Shown here: piece after piece, positions 1 to 9,793 of the stretch | How the letters are laid out: each line of letters starts with the position of its first letter | Numbering within the stretch: position 1 is the first letter of the stretch | Origin: an uncultured Candidatus Actinomarina sp. | GTDB taxonomy: Bacteria > Actinomycetota > Acidimicrobiia > Actinomarinales > Actinomarinaceae | Direction of reading: 5' to 3' | Length of the DNA stretch: 64,000 bases | Assembly: GCA_902595195.1 (NCBI GenBank) | Contig: CACJPC010000003.1 | Coordinates: forward strand, 19,827 to 83,826 | The notes under the pieces: generated by a model | Databases searched by the model: none | The model's input: only the letters and a program-made list of their open reading frames with translations | Told to the model about the DNA's origin: nothing | Translations under genes and position numbers: made by a program

Positions 1-428
1 CAGATGGTCTTATGATTAGCGTCAAAGATCCTAAAGATTCTTACGAAAGAGTTATAGACCCGGCTAAAGAAAAAACATCAGAATTAAAAAAAGACAACCT
101 ATCAGTTCATACATATAGATGGACAATGTTTGCAGAAAATGATGATGACGCGTGGACTGCATTAAGATCATGGAGAGGTTTACGTGCACCCAGCAGGCTT
201 CAACAACTAGATCCAGAAGCTTTGAGACTTGAAGCAGATAGTTTTCCTAAAGAAGAAATCATGGGTAAATTTTCAAAAGCTTCAACGATAGATGAACTGT
301 ATGAAATTTATAAGCCGTTGGTTAATGAATTTGACTCAGAGATTGTAACAATTCAAATCTCTTCAATAAACCAAGAAGAAACAATCAGGCTATTAGGTAA
401 AGAACTTTTACCCAAACTGCGTAAATAA
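1..428 (+). CDS. LLM-class (luciferase-like, probably F420-dependent) oxidoreductase, C-terminal fragment; 5' end lies outside the window
   Basis: The frame stays open to the window edge upstream of the listed ATG at 12. The tail resembles C-termini of F420-dependent G6P-dehydrogenase-type LLM proteins (RSWRGL..DPEAL..IVTIQISS..LLPKLRK). Assignment rests on remembered homology only. Confidence 0.5.
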   Translation, partial: DGLMISVKDPKDSYERVIDPAKEKTSELKKDNLSVHTYRWTMFAENDDDAWTALRSWRGLRAPSRLQQLDPEALRLEADSFPKEEIMGKFSKASTIDELYEIYKPLVNEFDSEIVTIQISSINQEETIRLLGKELLPKLRK

Positions 429-429
429 A

Positions 430-1170
430 TTGTTAACTTATTTAATAATTGGTTTTACCGGAGGCATGTTGTCTGGTCTTCTTGGAGTAGGTGGAGGTGT
501 AATTTTTGTCCCACTATTGACATATCTAACAAAAATAGATTTTAAAACTAATACAGGAATTTCTTCACTTGCGGTCGTCTTTGTTGCTTCAGCGAGTAGT
601 TTAACTTACATTTTTAATGATTTTAATAAAGGTTCAAATCTTGTACTTGCAACCCTTGTGATAATATCTGGTGGGGTTGTTGGTGGATATTTAGGAAGTA
701 AGTTAACTCCTAGAATAAATACAAAAGTTTTAATAAGAATTTTTTCTTTATTACTTATTGCAACAGCTTACAGAATGATTTTCTCAACATCAGTTAATGC
801 AATATATGAAAACAACTTATTTCTTTATTTTTTAGTTGGATTTGTATCTGGAATTGGATCGGGATTGCTAGGAATAGGCGGAGGGATAATAAGAATTCCA
901 ATGTTAATCCTACTTGGAGGTTTTGAACAAATTATTGCTCAAGGTATTTCTTTAATTACTACAGTTCCTACAGCATTAACAGCTGCTATTACAAAAATCC
1001 GTAAAAATAAAGATTCAGTTAAAAATGGTCTTTATGTTGGAATTTTTGGTAGCACTGGGTCTGTAATTGGTGGTAATTTTGTTTTTAATATTTCTGAAAG
1101 TATCTTAAATATTAGTTTTGGTATATTCTTAATTTTTGTTTCAATAAATATGTTTTTTACATCAAAGTAA
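430..1170 (+). CDS. TauE/SafE (TSUP, DUF81) family anion exporter membrane protein
   Basis: 246 aa and polytopic. Two internal repeats each carry the family glycine-rich helix (GGMLSGLLGVGGGVIFVPLL and GIGSGLLGIGGGIIRIPML). TTG start lies 1 nt after the upstream stop. Confidence 0.8.
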   Translation: MLTYLIIGFTGGMLSGLLGVGGGVIFVPLLTYLTKIDFKTNTGISSLAVVFVASASSLTYIFNDFNKGSNLVLATLVIISGGVVGGYLGSKLTPRINTKVLIRIFSLLLIATAYRMIFSTSVNAIYENNLFLYFLVGFVSGIGSGLLGIGGGIIRIPMLILLGGFEQIIAQGISLITTVPTALTAAITKIRKNKDSVKNGLYVGIFGSTGSVIGGNFVFNISESILNISFGIFLIFVSINMFFTSK

Positions 1171-1626
1171 TTTTCCATTTTTTAAAAACAATTTCAAATT
1201 TTCAAAATTTTTAAATTTAGTAATTAAATATAAGATGCCTATTAAATTTAAAACTATTTCAATCTGTGAAGACAAAACAATAAAATTTTGTTCTTTTTCA
1301 AAAAAAGGATATAAGAAAATACTCTGATTTGTCCATGTAAAACTGAGAACTAAATATAAAAAGGCACCAATTGAAAACAATAAAGCGTTGCTTCTAATTT
1401 TTGAACCACGTTTAGTAATAATCATTATTAAGAAAAACAAACAAACATTAAACAGTAAGCTATGGCCTAAAAATTGAGTTTTATTAGAAATTCCAAAGTT
1501 ATAACTTAATGAATCAAGTATCAAGGGATATAAACTTCCTATGATTATAAATCTTAAATCGGCTGCATAATCCTTAAAGATATAACGAAAAAGAAATATA
1601 GAAATACTTGATGTCCAGATTATCAT
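1162..1626 (-). CDS. small polytopic membrane protein, function unknown
   Basis: 154 aa with 4-5 hydrophobic segments. It overlaps the upstream RNase H gene by 4 nt, which suggests an operon. No motif recognised. Confidence 0.45.
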   Translation of the reverse strand: MIIWTSSISIFLFRYIFKDYAADLRFIIIGSLYPLILDSLSYNFGISNKTQFLGHSLLFNVCLFFLIMIITKRGSKIRSNALLFSIGAFLYLVLSFTWTNQSIFLYPFFEKEQNFIVLSSQIEIVLNLIGILYLITKFKNFENLKLFLKNGKLL

Positions 1627-2015
1627 ATTTCGTCTAAGGCTTCATTTGCTAGCTGGTCTGCTCTTGAGTTGAATTCTCTTCTAATATGATGAATTTCAAT
1701 ATCTTCAATTTGTTCTATTAACTTAAGGCTTTTTTCATAGTGAGTTTGTAATTTTTTTGATTTAACTTTATATTCCATGTTTACTTGCTGAACCACTAAT
1801 AAGGAATCTAAAAATATTCTTACATTATTTACTTTGTTTTCAACACAATACTCTAAGGCAGCAATCAATCCTAAATACTCAGCTACATTATTTGTGTTAA
1901 TTCCAATCTTTTTTTTAATAGTGTCAATTTCCACTTTATCTTTGTTAATAGATACTCCGATAGAAGCATCACCAGGATTAGAGCGAGAAGCTCCATCACA
2001 ATATATTTCATACAT
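1623..2015 (-). CDS. ribonuclease HI family protein
   Basis: Motifs IYCDGASRSNPG, NNVAEYLGLIAALEY, DSLLVVQQV and NSRADQLANEAL match the RNase H DEDD catalytic core. I moved the start to the internal ATG at 2015 (MYEIYCDGAS), which overlaps the upstream TAA by 1 nt (TAATG), instead of the listed 2045. Confidence 0.8.
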   Translation of the reverse strand: MYEIYCDGASRSNPGDASIGVSINKDKVEIDTIKKKIGINTNNVAEYLGLIAALEYCVENKVNNVRIFLDSLLVVQQVNMEYKVKSKKLQTHYEKSLKLIEQIEDIEIHHIRREFNSRADQLANEALDEI

Positions 2016-2722
2016 TAAATAACCACACCCTGACAATATGGGCACTGATTATATTTAGAATCAACGATTTTATCTAACTCACTGGATGTTAGGCTAACTC
2101 CGCAACAACCACACTGATCCTCATTTTTATATGCAGCAATTATCTCTACCCCATTATGCTTTAATTGATCGTAAAGTTTTACAATATCCTCTGGAAAAGA
2201 ATTGAGTAATTTTGATTTGCTAATTTCGAGGTCGTTTATTTTCACATCTAAATCTTTCCATTCAGATTGTATTTTTTTAGAATATTCAATTAATTCGGGT
2301 TTTAATTCCTCCAATGATTCTTCTATTTTTGAATAATCTATCAGATCTTCCGAATTTAATTCATTTAGCTTATCAAGTGATTGACTCAAATCATTCACAT
2401 TTTTTTCAACATTTGACTTTTGTAAATTAAAATTTTGTAGTTCCCCAGCATCAAGTTTAGGATTTTGAAGTTTTTCTAAAATATTTTTTAATTTGTTTTC
2501 GTTTTCTAATATTTGCTTATCAATGCTCTTTTTTTCTTCAAAATAACTGGTAAGGTCTTCTTTCTTTTTGTTTAAAAGAGAAGTGCTTTCATTATATTTT
2601 TTTTCTAAATTTTTTAATATATTTACACTATCCCCTTGGGACTTTTCTGCAATTAATTTAAATATTTCGTTATCTAAATTTTGTAAATCAATCAAATTAC
2701 TTAACAAAAAAGGTTCATTCAT
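2015..2722 (-). CDS. coiled-coil protein with C-terminal C4 zinc ribbon (COG1579 / Rv2229c-like)
   Basis: Long heptad-like K/E/L-rich region, then CGCCGVSL..(x19)..CPYCQGVV. It sits between the Nif3-like and RNase H genes, as in the actinobacterial Rv2230c-Rv2229c-Rv2228c arrangement. Confidence 0.7.
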   Translation of the reverse strand: MNEPFLLSNLIDLQNLDNEIFKLIAEKSQGDSVNILKNLEKKYNESTSLLNKKKEDLTSYFEEKKSIDKQILENENKLKNILEKLQNPKLDAGELQNFNLQKSNVEKNVNDLSQSLDKLNELNSEDLIDYSKIEESLEELKPELIEYSKKIQSEWKDLDVKINDLEISKSKLLNSFPEDIVKLYDQLKHNGVEIIAAYKNEDQCGCCGVSLTSSELDKIVDSKYNQCPYCQGVVI

Positions 2723-3485
2723 AATACTTATTATAAAAATACTCGAGCTGTGTTCCTAACTGATTACTTAAATTGTTAACGAATCTTGTCATTCCCGGAA
2801 TTTCAGTTGATAAGTGATTAACTTGAATTAATCCTAAATGTGTTTCGTCGCCTTTTAATAGATATCTATGAGAAATATCACCAGTAATGAAAACATCGAC
2901 TTTAGATATAATTTCTTCTAAAAATTGGGTACCTGATCCAGGCAAGATTGCGATTGTATTTATCTCCTTAATTTCCTGGAAATATTCGTTTGTTCTTACA
3001 ATTTTTGTATTAAGTTTCGATTCAACAATTGCTTTAAGTTTACTGTTTGATGTTTTAGTTATATTTCCATAACGGCCAGCTCCAAATTTTCCAATAGTAT
3101 GAGCAAAAACTTTAGTATCTGTAATGCTGAATAAATCAACTAATGAGTCTGCATTTCCGCCATTGCAAACGTCTTGTGCAGTATGGATGGTAATAATATT
3201 TAATCCTAATTCTCTACATTTCGCTGTTAACAGGTCATCTTCAAAAGTTTCAGTACCATCATCTTTTAAAATTTTTTTAAGTGGAGGTGGGTGGTAGGTA
3301 ATTAAAGTGTTGATGTTGTTGTTAGTTGAATAATCTAAAACAGAGTTTTCTAATTCATGTGCAACAGCTACTCCATTTACTTTTGAATCTTCTGAACCAA
3401 CAGTTAACCCTACAAAATCATCATCAAAAGCATACTCAAGAGGAACTAATGAATTTACATTTTCTAGTAATTTACCAACATTCAC
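2715..3485 (-). CDS. Nif3-like dinuclear metal centre protein (GTP cyclohydrolase 1 type 2 homolog family)
   Basis: 256 aa with family-typical His/Asp landmarks (TYHPP, IHTAQD, TGDISHRY, NHLSTE) and conserved synteny with the zinc-ribbon gene. Confidence 0.75.
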   Translation of the reverse strand: MNVGKLLENVNSLVPLEYAFDDDFVGLTVGSEDSKVNGVAVAHELENSVLDYSTNNNINTLITYHPPPLKKILKDDGTETFEDDLLTAKCRELGLNIITIHTAQDVCNGGNADSLVDLFSITDTKVFAHTIGKFGAGRYGNITKTSNSKLKAIVESKLNTKIVRTNEYFQEIKEINTIAILPGSGTQFLEEIISKVDVFITGDISHRYLLKGDETHLGLIQVNHLSTEIPGMTRFVNNLSNQLGTQLEYFYNKYYE

Positions 3486-3507
3486 TTAATTAATAGTAAT
3501 AATAAAT

Positions 3508-6096
3508 TTATAAAGATTTAGCAGTTTTTTTATTGTGATAATTTGCCCAAAATACAAGTAATGTAGGCAAGATTAGAATTGATGCAACCAGTGCAAAACC
3601 CAAAGCAACAACAACAACTTGTCCCATTTGTTGAAATGGTTTTAGTGATGAAGTCATCAAAATACCAAAACCTGCCATAGTCGTAAATGCTGAGCCGAAC
3701 AATGAACCGCCAGTTGTCTTTAAAGTTGTCTTAACTGCCTCAACTGGATTAGGAGCTATCAAGAGAGTTTCTCTAAACCTATTAGTTACATGAATTACAA
3801 AAGGTACCCCAATACCAATAGCTAATCCTGACAATGTTGAAGTAACAGGATTAAGTGGAATATCAAGAAAATACATGCCTAAGTATGTACCCATCACAAT
3901 TGCAACAACTGGAAGAATTGTAATGACACCAAGAAATGGTTTTCTAATGTCAATTAAGTAATAAAGGATTAAGAAAGTCATTGAAGCTAAAATTGCAAAT
4001 ATAAGTGATTGAAATTGTGATTCAGAAATTAAATCGCTCACACTTTGAGTAACAATTGCATCGTTAGTAGCCGCAATTGAAACACCAAGAGAAGATAATG
4101 GCGTAAATGCATCATATATATCATCTCTTAATTGGGCTGCACCTAAAGAACCTGCAGAAGTTGTAATTCTTACTTGTTGCGCAGTAACTGTACTTTCTTC
4201 ATTAAAGTAAAGACTCGCTAAGAATGCTTCTGGGTCAGTACTTACAAGATACTCATAAAGTCCTTGTACGTCGCCGGAGTCTTTGACTCTCAATGCATCT
4301 AAACCTTGAGATCCAGACATTAAATCAACACCAAAAGATCCGAGTGTTCCTAAAAGCTCCATGTCTGGCATAGCTGGTGGTGCTCCAGGAGCTGATCCTT
4401 GTGGAGCTAATAACTGTCCGACTGTACCAATAACAGATTCGGCTGCAACGTTTCCAGCATAAACTACAATATTTTCCTTATCGCTCAGATTGTTAATTGA
4501 TTCAATAAGTGCATTGTGTATTTCTGGAGTTGCTAAATTTTCTCCCTCAATTAAGACTGCAGTAGTTTCTCCAAATCCACCACCAAATTCTTCAGTTAAT
4601 AAATCAAGAGTTTGCACAACTGGATCATCCTCAGGAAGAAAATCTGTAAATTCAAATATTGTTTCTAAGTTGGTAAAACTGAAATAACCGTAACCAGAAA
4701 TAGCTACTAACAATGCTAAGGCTACCAATTTAAGTCTCTTAGGTATAATTCCACTAGATGCAGCAATTTTGTTTAATACACTTTCGCCAGATGATGAAAA
4801 AGCCTCTGTACTAATATTTCCTTTTGTTTCAGCTCTTTTATCTAATAAAGTTCTTATTGCAGGTACAAAAGTCATTACAAGAAAAAAGGCAAAGAATATT
4901 CCTGTAGAAACTAATATGCCAAAATCTTTTAATTCAGGTAGTGGGGAAACTATATTTGTTAAAAAACCAACTATTGTTGCAAGCGTTGCAAGCGTTAGTG
5001 CAATACCTACAGATTTAAGTGTTGATGAAGTGGATCCAATTATTGAGTTACCTGAACCAATCTCTTCCCTATATCTTGAAGTAAAGTGAATAGCATAATC
5101 AACACCAAGACCAATCAAAATAATTGGGGCAATTTGAGATACCTGATTTGGTGCACCAATTATGTCTAAATAGCCAGGTCCGAGTATTGTTCCTGCGCCT
5201 TGCATCCAGCCTATTGAGAGAAGTATTGCACCTAAGCTTAAAAGTAAATCACTAAATGTTCTTCTTCCAGATTTAAGAATACCGAAACCTTTCCTTGGCC
5301 TAATGAAAAATATATAGGCAAGAACAACAAGAATGATGATGAATGCTTGGCCGAATAATATACCTATTTCCTCAAGAAAATCATCGCCTTCATTACCAAG
5401 CAAAAGTCCAAAAGAAAAACCAGAGACTTTTATATCTCCAATTGAAATTTCCGACAGTGCATCAGAAAGAGCTACCTCCATACGAGGCTGTTCGATAAAT
5501 GCTCCATCTGAACCACCGAATTCTTGAACAATTAACGAACTGTCTATAGTAACGATTGCTAATCCTGCTGATGCAGTTGTTTTATCTTCATCATAAGTTG
5601 ATGACAAAAGTGCAGCAGCAAAAGCTTTGAATTCTGGAGGCATTTGACCATTGGCTTGGTTATAAAGTTGTTTAAATTGTTCATCTGACATGGCACTGAC
5701 ATTTAGAGTCGGATTAAATGCTTTAGCAAAGTCAACTGGTGCAAAGAAACCTTGTACAGCACCTCCTTGATCTTTAACTAAATATGGGTATATTTCACTC
5801 TGTAAAACTGCTTTATTAATTTCTTGCCATGCAAGGTATCCATCAACAGTAAGAACATCTTCGCCACTTACAATAATTTGGAAAACTGATTGTGAACCTG
5901 ATGTTTGGAAGTACTCGCCTAATTTAGACTGGGCTTGAATTTCCGGAGTATCGAGTTCTCCACCAAAACTTGTACTTAATTCTTCGGCTTGACCTGCCAT
6001 ATAACCAAAAAAACCAGTAAAAAGAACAACAACAAGTATTGTGATAACAGGTCTTTTCGTTGCAGCTGAAGAAAAAAAGTTTGTTAAAAGTTTCAT
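3508..6096 (-). CDS. MMPL/RND-superfamily membrane transporter
   Basis: 862 aa. Two repeats, each an N-terminal TM helix, a large soluble loop and a 5-TM bundle (GLGVDYAIHFTSRYREE and GIGVPFVIHVTNRFRE), typical of MMPL/SSD-type RND exporters. Confidence 0.8.
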   Translation of the reverse strand: MKLLTNFFSSAATKRPVITILVVVLFTGFFGYMAGQAEELSTSFGGELDTPEIQAQSKLGEYFQTSGSQSVFQIIVSGEDVLTVDGYLAWQEINKAVLQSEIYPYLVKDQGGAVQGFFAPVDFAKAFNPTLNVSAMSDEQFKQLYNQANGQMPPEFKAFAAALLSSTYDEDKTTASAGLAIVTIDSSLIVQEFGGSDGAFIEQPRMEVALSDALSEISIGDIKVSGFSFGLLLGNEGDDFLEEIGILFGQAFIIILVVLAYIFFIRPRKGFGILKSGRRTFSDLLLSLGAILLSIGWMQGAGTILGPGYLDIIGAPNQVSQIAPIILIGLGVDYAIHFTSRYREEIGSGNSIIGSTSSTLKSVGIALTLATLATIVGFLTNIVSPLPELKDFGILVSTGIFFAFFLVMTFVPAIRTLLDKRAETKGNISTEAFSSSGESVLNKIAASSGIIPKRLKLVALALLVAISGYGYFSFTNLETIFEFTDFLPEDDPVVQTLDLLTEEFGGGFGETTAVLIEGENLATPEIHNALIESINNLSDKENIVVYAGNVAAESVIGTVGQLLAPQGSAPGAPPAMPDMELLGTLGSFGVDLMSGSQGLDALRVKDSGDVQGLYEYLVSTDPEAFLASLYFNEESTVTAQQVRITTSAGSLGAAQLRDDIYDAFTPLSSLGVSIAATNDAIVTQSVSDLISESQFQSLIFAILASMTFLILYYLIDIRKPFLGVITILPVVAIVMGTYLGMYFLDIPLNPVTSTLSGLAIGIGVPFVIHVTNRFRETLLIAPNPVEAVKTTLKTTGGSLFGSAFTTMAGFGILMTSSLKPFQQMGQVVVVALGFALVASILILPTLLVFWANYHNKKTAKSL

Positions 6097-6184
6097 AAAT
6101 CTAAAGACTACATTAAAAATTAATTTAGCGGTACTTTATTAATGTTAAATTAATGTAAATCTACGAAAAACTTAAAATAATAAT

Positions 6185-7330
6185 ATGTTTTATGCACTGT
6201 TAACTTCAATGATATTGAATTTTTCAATCTCACCAGATATGAATCATGAAAACGAAAATCATTACACTAAAAATAAAATTGATAATTACGACATAATTAC
6301 TATTTCTCAATCTGGAAGTCTTTTCTATAGTGTTACAAATCAAATTTTAGAAAGCGTAAATAATTTAAATACGAATGTTACTTTTATAGGAAGAGCAAAT
6401 GTTGGCCTTGAATCAACAACATTTGCTAATAATGAAATAAATTTAACTACATTAGATAATTTTTTATACAACTTATCTATCAAAACAATCGAATCTTCGG
6501 TCGTAGATTACTTTTATGATGAAGAAAGTGCTCAAGCTATTAGAGACAACAAAATAGTTATTTCTGAATTAACTGCAAGCAGGTATGAATTAAATGTTGG
6601 CGATTATGTAAATCTTGTTGGACTTAATAGTGAAATTATTCCAATTGAAGTAGGTAAGGTCATTAAGGATTCCAAAATAGGCTGGTTTGAAGGGGTTGTA
6701 AATAAAGAGTTAGGTTTTAAATTAGGGATTTATAGAAATATCCAAGCGATTATTTGGGATAGTCATATAAATGAAAATTTTTTGATTGAACTTCATAAAA
6801 ATATTAATTACAGAAAAGTTAAATTAACTTTTAGAGAAAATAGAGTTAATAAAAATTGGGTTCTTCCAACGGCACTAGTAAAAGAAATGTTTGGAGATTT
6901 TCAAATAAAAGAACGTGACGGCGTATGGATTACAACAGAACCTGAATGGAGAGAAGAAAATATTCAAAATAAAAGAATGCCTATATTGGGAATTACACGA
7001 TGTCACAGATTAATGTGGGAACCGCTTGAGGGTGCATTAAATCAAATTCTTGAAGAAGGCCTTGAAAAATATCTATCAATTGAAGAATGGAGATCTTCTG
7101 GCGGATGTTATGCTCCAAGAAGAATCAACAGGTTTGAAGCCGGAGGCAGTATTTCAAGGCATGCTTGGGGAATAGCAATTGATATAAACACAAAATCTGG
7201 TTATCCGCCTAGAGTAGTTGAAATATTTAATGACTGGGGTTTTGCCTGGGGAGGTACGTGGACATCTCCTGATGAGATGCATTTTGAACTACGAGATTTA
7301 TCAGCCAGTGTTTCTAAGACCAGCAGCTAA
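6185..7330 (+). CDS. secreted/membrane-anchored M15-family (LAS fold) zinc peptidase with a ~250-aa N-terminal domain of unknown function
   Basis: The C-terminal ~110 aa carry SRHAWGIAIDIN ... GFAWGG..W..PDEMHFELR, the H-x6-D / H zinc triad pattern of D-Ala-D-Ala carboxypeptidase/VanY-like M15 peptidases. The N-terminus is hydrophobic. Confidence 0.65.
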   Translation: MFYALLTSMILNFSISPDMNHENENHYTKNKIDNYDIITISQSGSLFYSVTNQILESVNNLNTNVTFIGRANVGLESTTFANNEINLTTLDNFLYNLSIKTIESSVVDYFYDEESAQAIRDNKIVISELTASRYELNVGDYVNLVGLNSEIIPIEVGKVIKDSKIGWFEGVVNKELGFKLGIYRNIQAIIWDSHINENFLIELHKNINYRKVKLTFRENRVNKNWVLPTALVKEMFGDFQIKERDGVWITTEPEWREENIQNKRMPILGITRCHRLMWEPLEGALNQILEEGLEKYLSIEEWRSSGGCYAPRRINRFEAGGSISRHAWGIAIDINTKSGYPPRVVEIFNDWGFAWGGTWTSPDEMHFELRDLSASVSKTSS

Positions 7331-9793
7331 ACCATTAATAGACAGTAAAAGAGCATTGTTTTCAAACTGACTTAACTCTTTTTTCCTCATTTTTTTCATA
7401 AGAGAAACTTGAATCAAAGACAGAGGATCGAGATAAGCATTTCTTATATTTAGAGTATTTTTTAAAACTTCATTATCATTTAAAAGTTCAGAATTTTGTT
7501 TTATTTGTTTAATCATTTTTATAACTAATTTTGACTCAACCAATATATCTTCATAAACATCTTGATACTCCTCCCCTACCAGTTCATCAACGTATAATTT
7601 AGAAATTTTTAAATCAGATTTAAATACAGTCATCTCTATATTGCTAATTAAGTTTTGAAAAAAGTTAGATGTTTCATAAATACGCCTAACTTTCTGTATT
7701 CCATATTTACTAATGAGACTTTCAAATGCTGTTCCAGCACCATACCAGCCGGTTAGTGTATTACGTGTTTGGGCCCAGCCAAATACCCACGGAATAGCTC
7801 TGTAGTTGTCTAATGAAGTAACTTTATTTGATCTTTTTACAGGTCTAGAGCCGATATTTAATGTTGATAGTAAGCTTACGGGCGTAACATTCTCAAAATA
7901 ATTGATGAGATTATTCTTATCTACAAGACTTCTGTATTTTGAATAGGAATTATGAGATAACTCTTCAAATATATTTTCATATTTCAAGTTTGATTCAAGA
8001 GTGCTTGAAGAAGTATTAATAAATGCTACAGAACCTAATTTAAGATTTTCAAAAGCTAAGTAATGAGTAGAGTATTTATCCGATATAACTTCTCCTTGTT
8101 CTGTATATCTAATTTGAGAAGAAATAGTTCCTTTTGGTTGAGACATTATTGAATTATATGTTGGACCACCGCCCCTACTTATAGTGCCACCTCTACCATG
8201 AAAAAAATTAATATTAATATTATTTTTCTTAGCTATCTTAAATAGCGAAATTTGAGCTTTATAAACATTCCATTGTGATGCAATTATTCCACCATCTTTG
8301 TTTGAGTCTGAGTAGCCAAGCATAACTTCTTGGTTATTCCTTTTTAAATTCTTTATAAATTTATTGTATTTTTTATTTTTTAGCATTTCATCAAGTATCA
8401 AATGTGATGATTGTAATTCTTCTATTTCTTCAATTAGAGGTGTTAGTGATGGAATATTTTTTTCTGGAATCAATGAAGTGCATAAATTGAATAAATTTAA
8501 CAAATCTTGGTGAGATTTAGTCATAGATAAGATAATAGAATTGAATACCTTCTGGCCATAAATGTTTTGTAGTTCAGGTATTTCTTTAATTAAATAAATG
8601 AAGTCTTTATATATTTTTCCTTTTTTTGAATTAATAACTGAAGAATTTTGACGAATATCTAAAGCAACGCCATGAAATTCAAATTGTTTTACATAATCAA
8701 CAAAATCATCTAACTTAGATATTCTAAAATTCTTTCCAAAGACTTCATTAACGCTACTTTGGAAAATTTCCATATCTTCTAAGAATTCATTAAAAGATTT
8801 ATAGCCTTTATTATTAAGCTGAAAGTTTTCTAATCTATGAAAAACTAATGAAAGAAAAATTCTAAATGGTTCGTCGAAATTTATTTTAGAGTAATGATCA
8901 AATTCTTTGTTCAATGAAATTGAGTAATTTTTAATTCTTCTTTGTAAACGATTGGGACAGTCAACAAAATTTGTTGAAACACTAAAATCATCTGACAATT
9001 CAATGATTTTTTCTTTATAAATACTAATAATTTGATTTGAGTATATCTTTAATGCTTCTTTTGTAACTTTAGTAGTTACATATGGATTACCATCTTTATC
9101 TGCTCCAACCCAAGAACCAAAACTAATATTAAAATTAGTGCTGCCTTTCATAATATCTGGATCTGAAATAATATCGTCATAAACATTTCTGTATAAAATG
9201 TCTAAATAGAAAATTAATGACTTGACTTCATCTAATGGATTTGGTTTTGTAGACCTTGTATCTCTTGTATACCAAAGTTGTGCAATCAATCCATTGATTT
9301 CTTTCATATTATCAGAGTTGTTATTTTCTATAATTTCTCCAATTTTGTAAATTTTCTTTAATGTTGACTGTCTAGAACTTTCAGTAGGATGAGCAGTAAA
9401 TACAGGAGTGAAAGTTAAATTTTTTTTACTAGATTTTTTTATCCTAATTTTTTTATTTTCTAGAAAATGTTCACGAAAAACCTGTTCGGCTATATTTGAC
9501 AAATAAAAAAATATTGTGAATGACTTGGTTATGACGTAAATCTCTTCTGGTTTTAAATTTTTAAGAAGACTGAAAATATCATTTAAATATTTTTCATTTT
9601 GAGTTGACCTGTATTTTTTTGATTTTTGTCTAATTTCTTCGACTATTTTGTAGTATTTTATCCCAGCTTGTTGTTTAATTACATGACCTAATTCATTACC
9701 AAGAAGTTTTATCGTATTAGGCAGAGTGTCGAATTGAATTGATATGTTATAACCTCTCAGTACTTTGAATAAAGTCACTTCCAGTAGTATCAA
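7301..9793 (-). CDS. ppc: phosphoenolpyruvate carboxylase
   Basis: Signature motifs VFTAHPTE, GYSDSNKDGG and FHGRGGTISRGGGP, plus the canonical C-terminal ..LRNTG. The start is uncertain: the listed TTG at 9793 overlaps the upstream gene by 47 nt. Confidence 0.95.
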   Translation of the reverse strand: MILLEVTLFKVLRGYNISIQFDTLPNTIKLLGNELGHVIKQQAGIKYYKIVEEIRQKSKKYRSTQNEKYLNDIFSLLKNLKPEEIYVITKSFTIFFYLSNIAEQVFREHFLENKKIRIKKSSKKNLTFTPVFTAHPTESSRQSTLKKIYKIGEIIENNNSDNMKEINGLIAQLWYTRDTRSTKPNPLDEVKSLIFYLDILYRNVYDDIISDPDIMKGSTNFNISFGSWVGADKDGNPYVTTKVTKEALKIYSNQIISIYKEKIIELSDDFSVSTNFVDCPNRLQRRIKNYSISLNKEFDHYSKINFDEPFRIFLSLVFHRLENFQLNNKGYKSFNEFLEDMEIFQSSVNEVFGKNFRISKLDDFVDYVKQFEFHGVALDIRQNSSVINSKKGKIYKDFIYLIKEIPELQNIYGQKVFNSIILSMTKSHQDLLNLFNLCTSLIPEKNIPSLTPLIEEIEELQSSHLILDEMLKNKKYNKFIKNLKRNNQEVMLGYSDSNKDGGIIASQWNVYKAQISLFKIAKKNNININFFHGRGGTISRGGGPTYNSIMSQPKGTISSQIRYTEQGEVISDKYSTHYLAFENLKLGSVAFINTSSSTLESNLKYENIFEELSHNSYSKYRSLVDKNNLINYFENVTPVSLLSTLNIGSRPVKRSNKVTSLDNYRAIPWVFGWAQTRNTLTGWYGAGTAFESLISKYGIQKVRRIYETSNFFQNLISNIEMTVFKSDLKISKLYVDELVGEEYQDVYEDILVESKLVIKMIKQIKQNSELLNDNEVLKNTLNIRNAYLDPLSLIQVSLMKKMRKKELSQFENNALLLSINGLAAGLRNTG

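Noticed and set aside
6139-6160. Tandem TTAATGTTAAAT / TAATGTAAAT repeat in the MMPL/M15 divergent spacer as a possible operator
   Set aside because: It is short, imperfect and built from low-complexity AT sequence. It cannot be distinguished from chance without comparative data.
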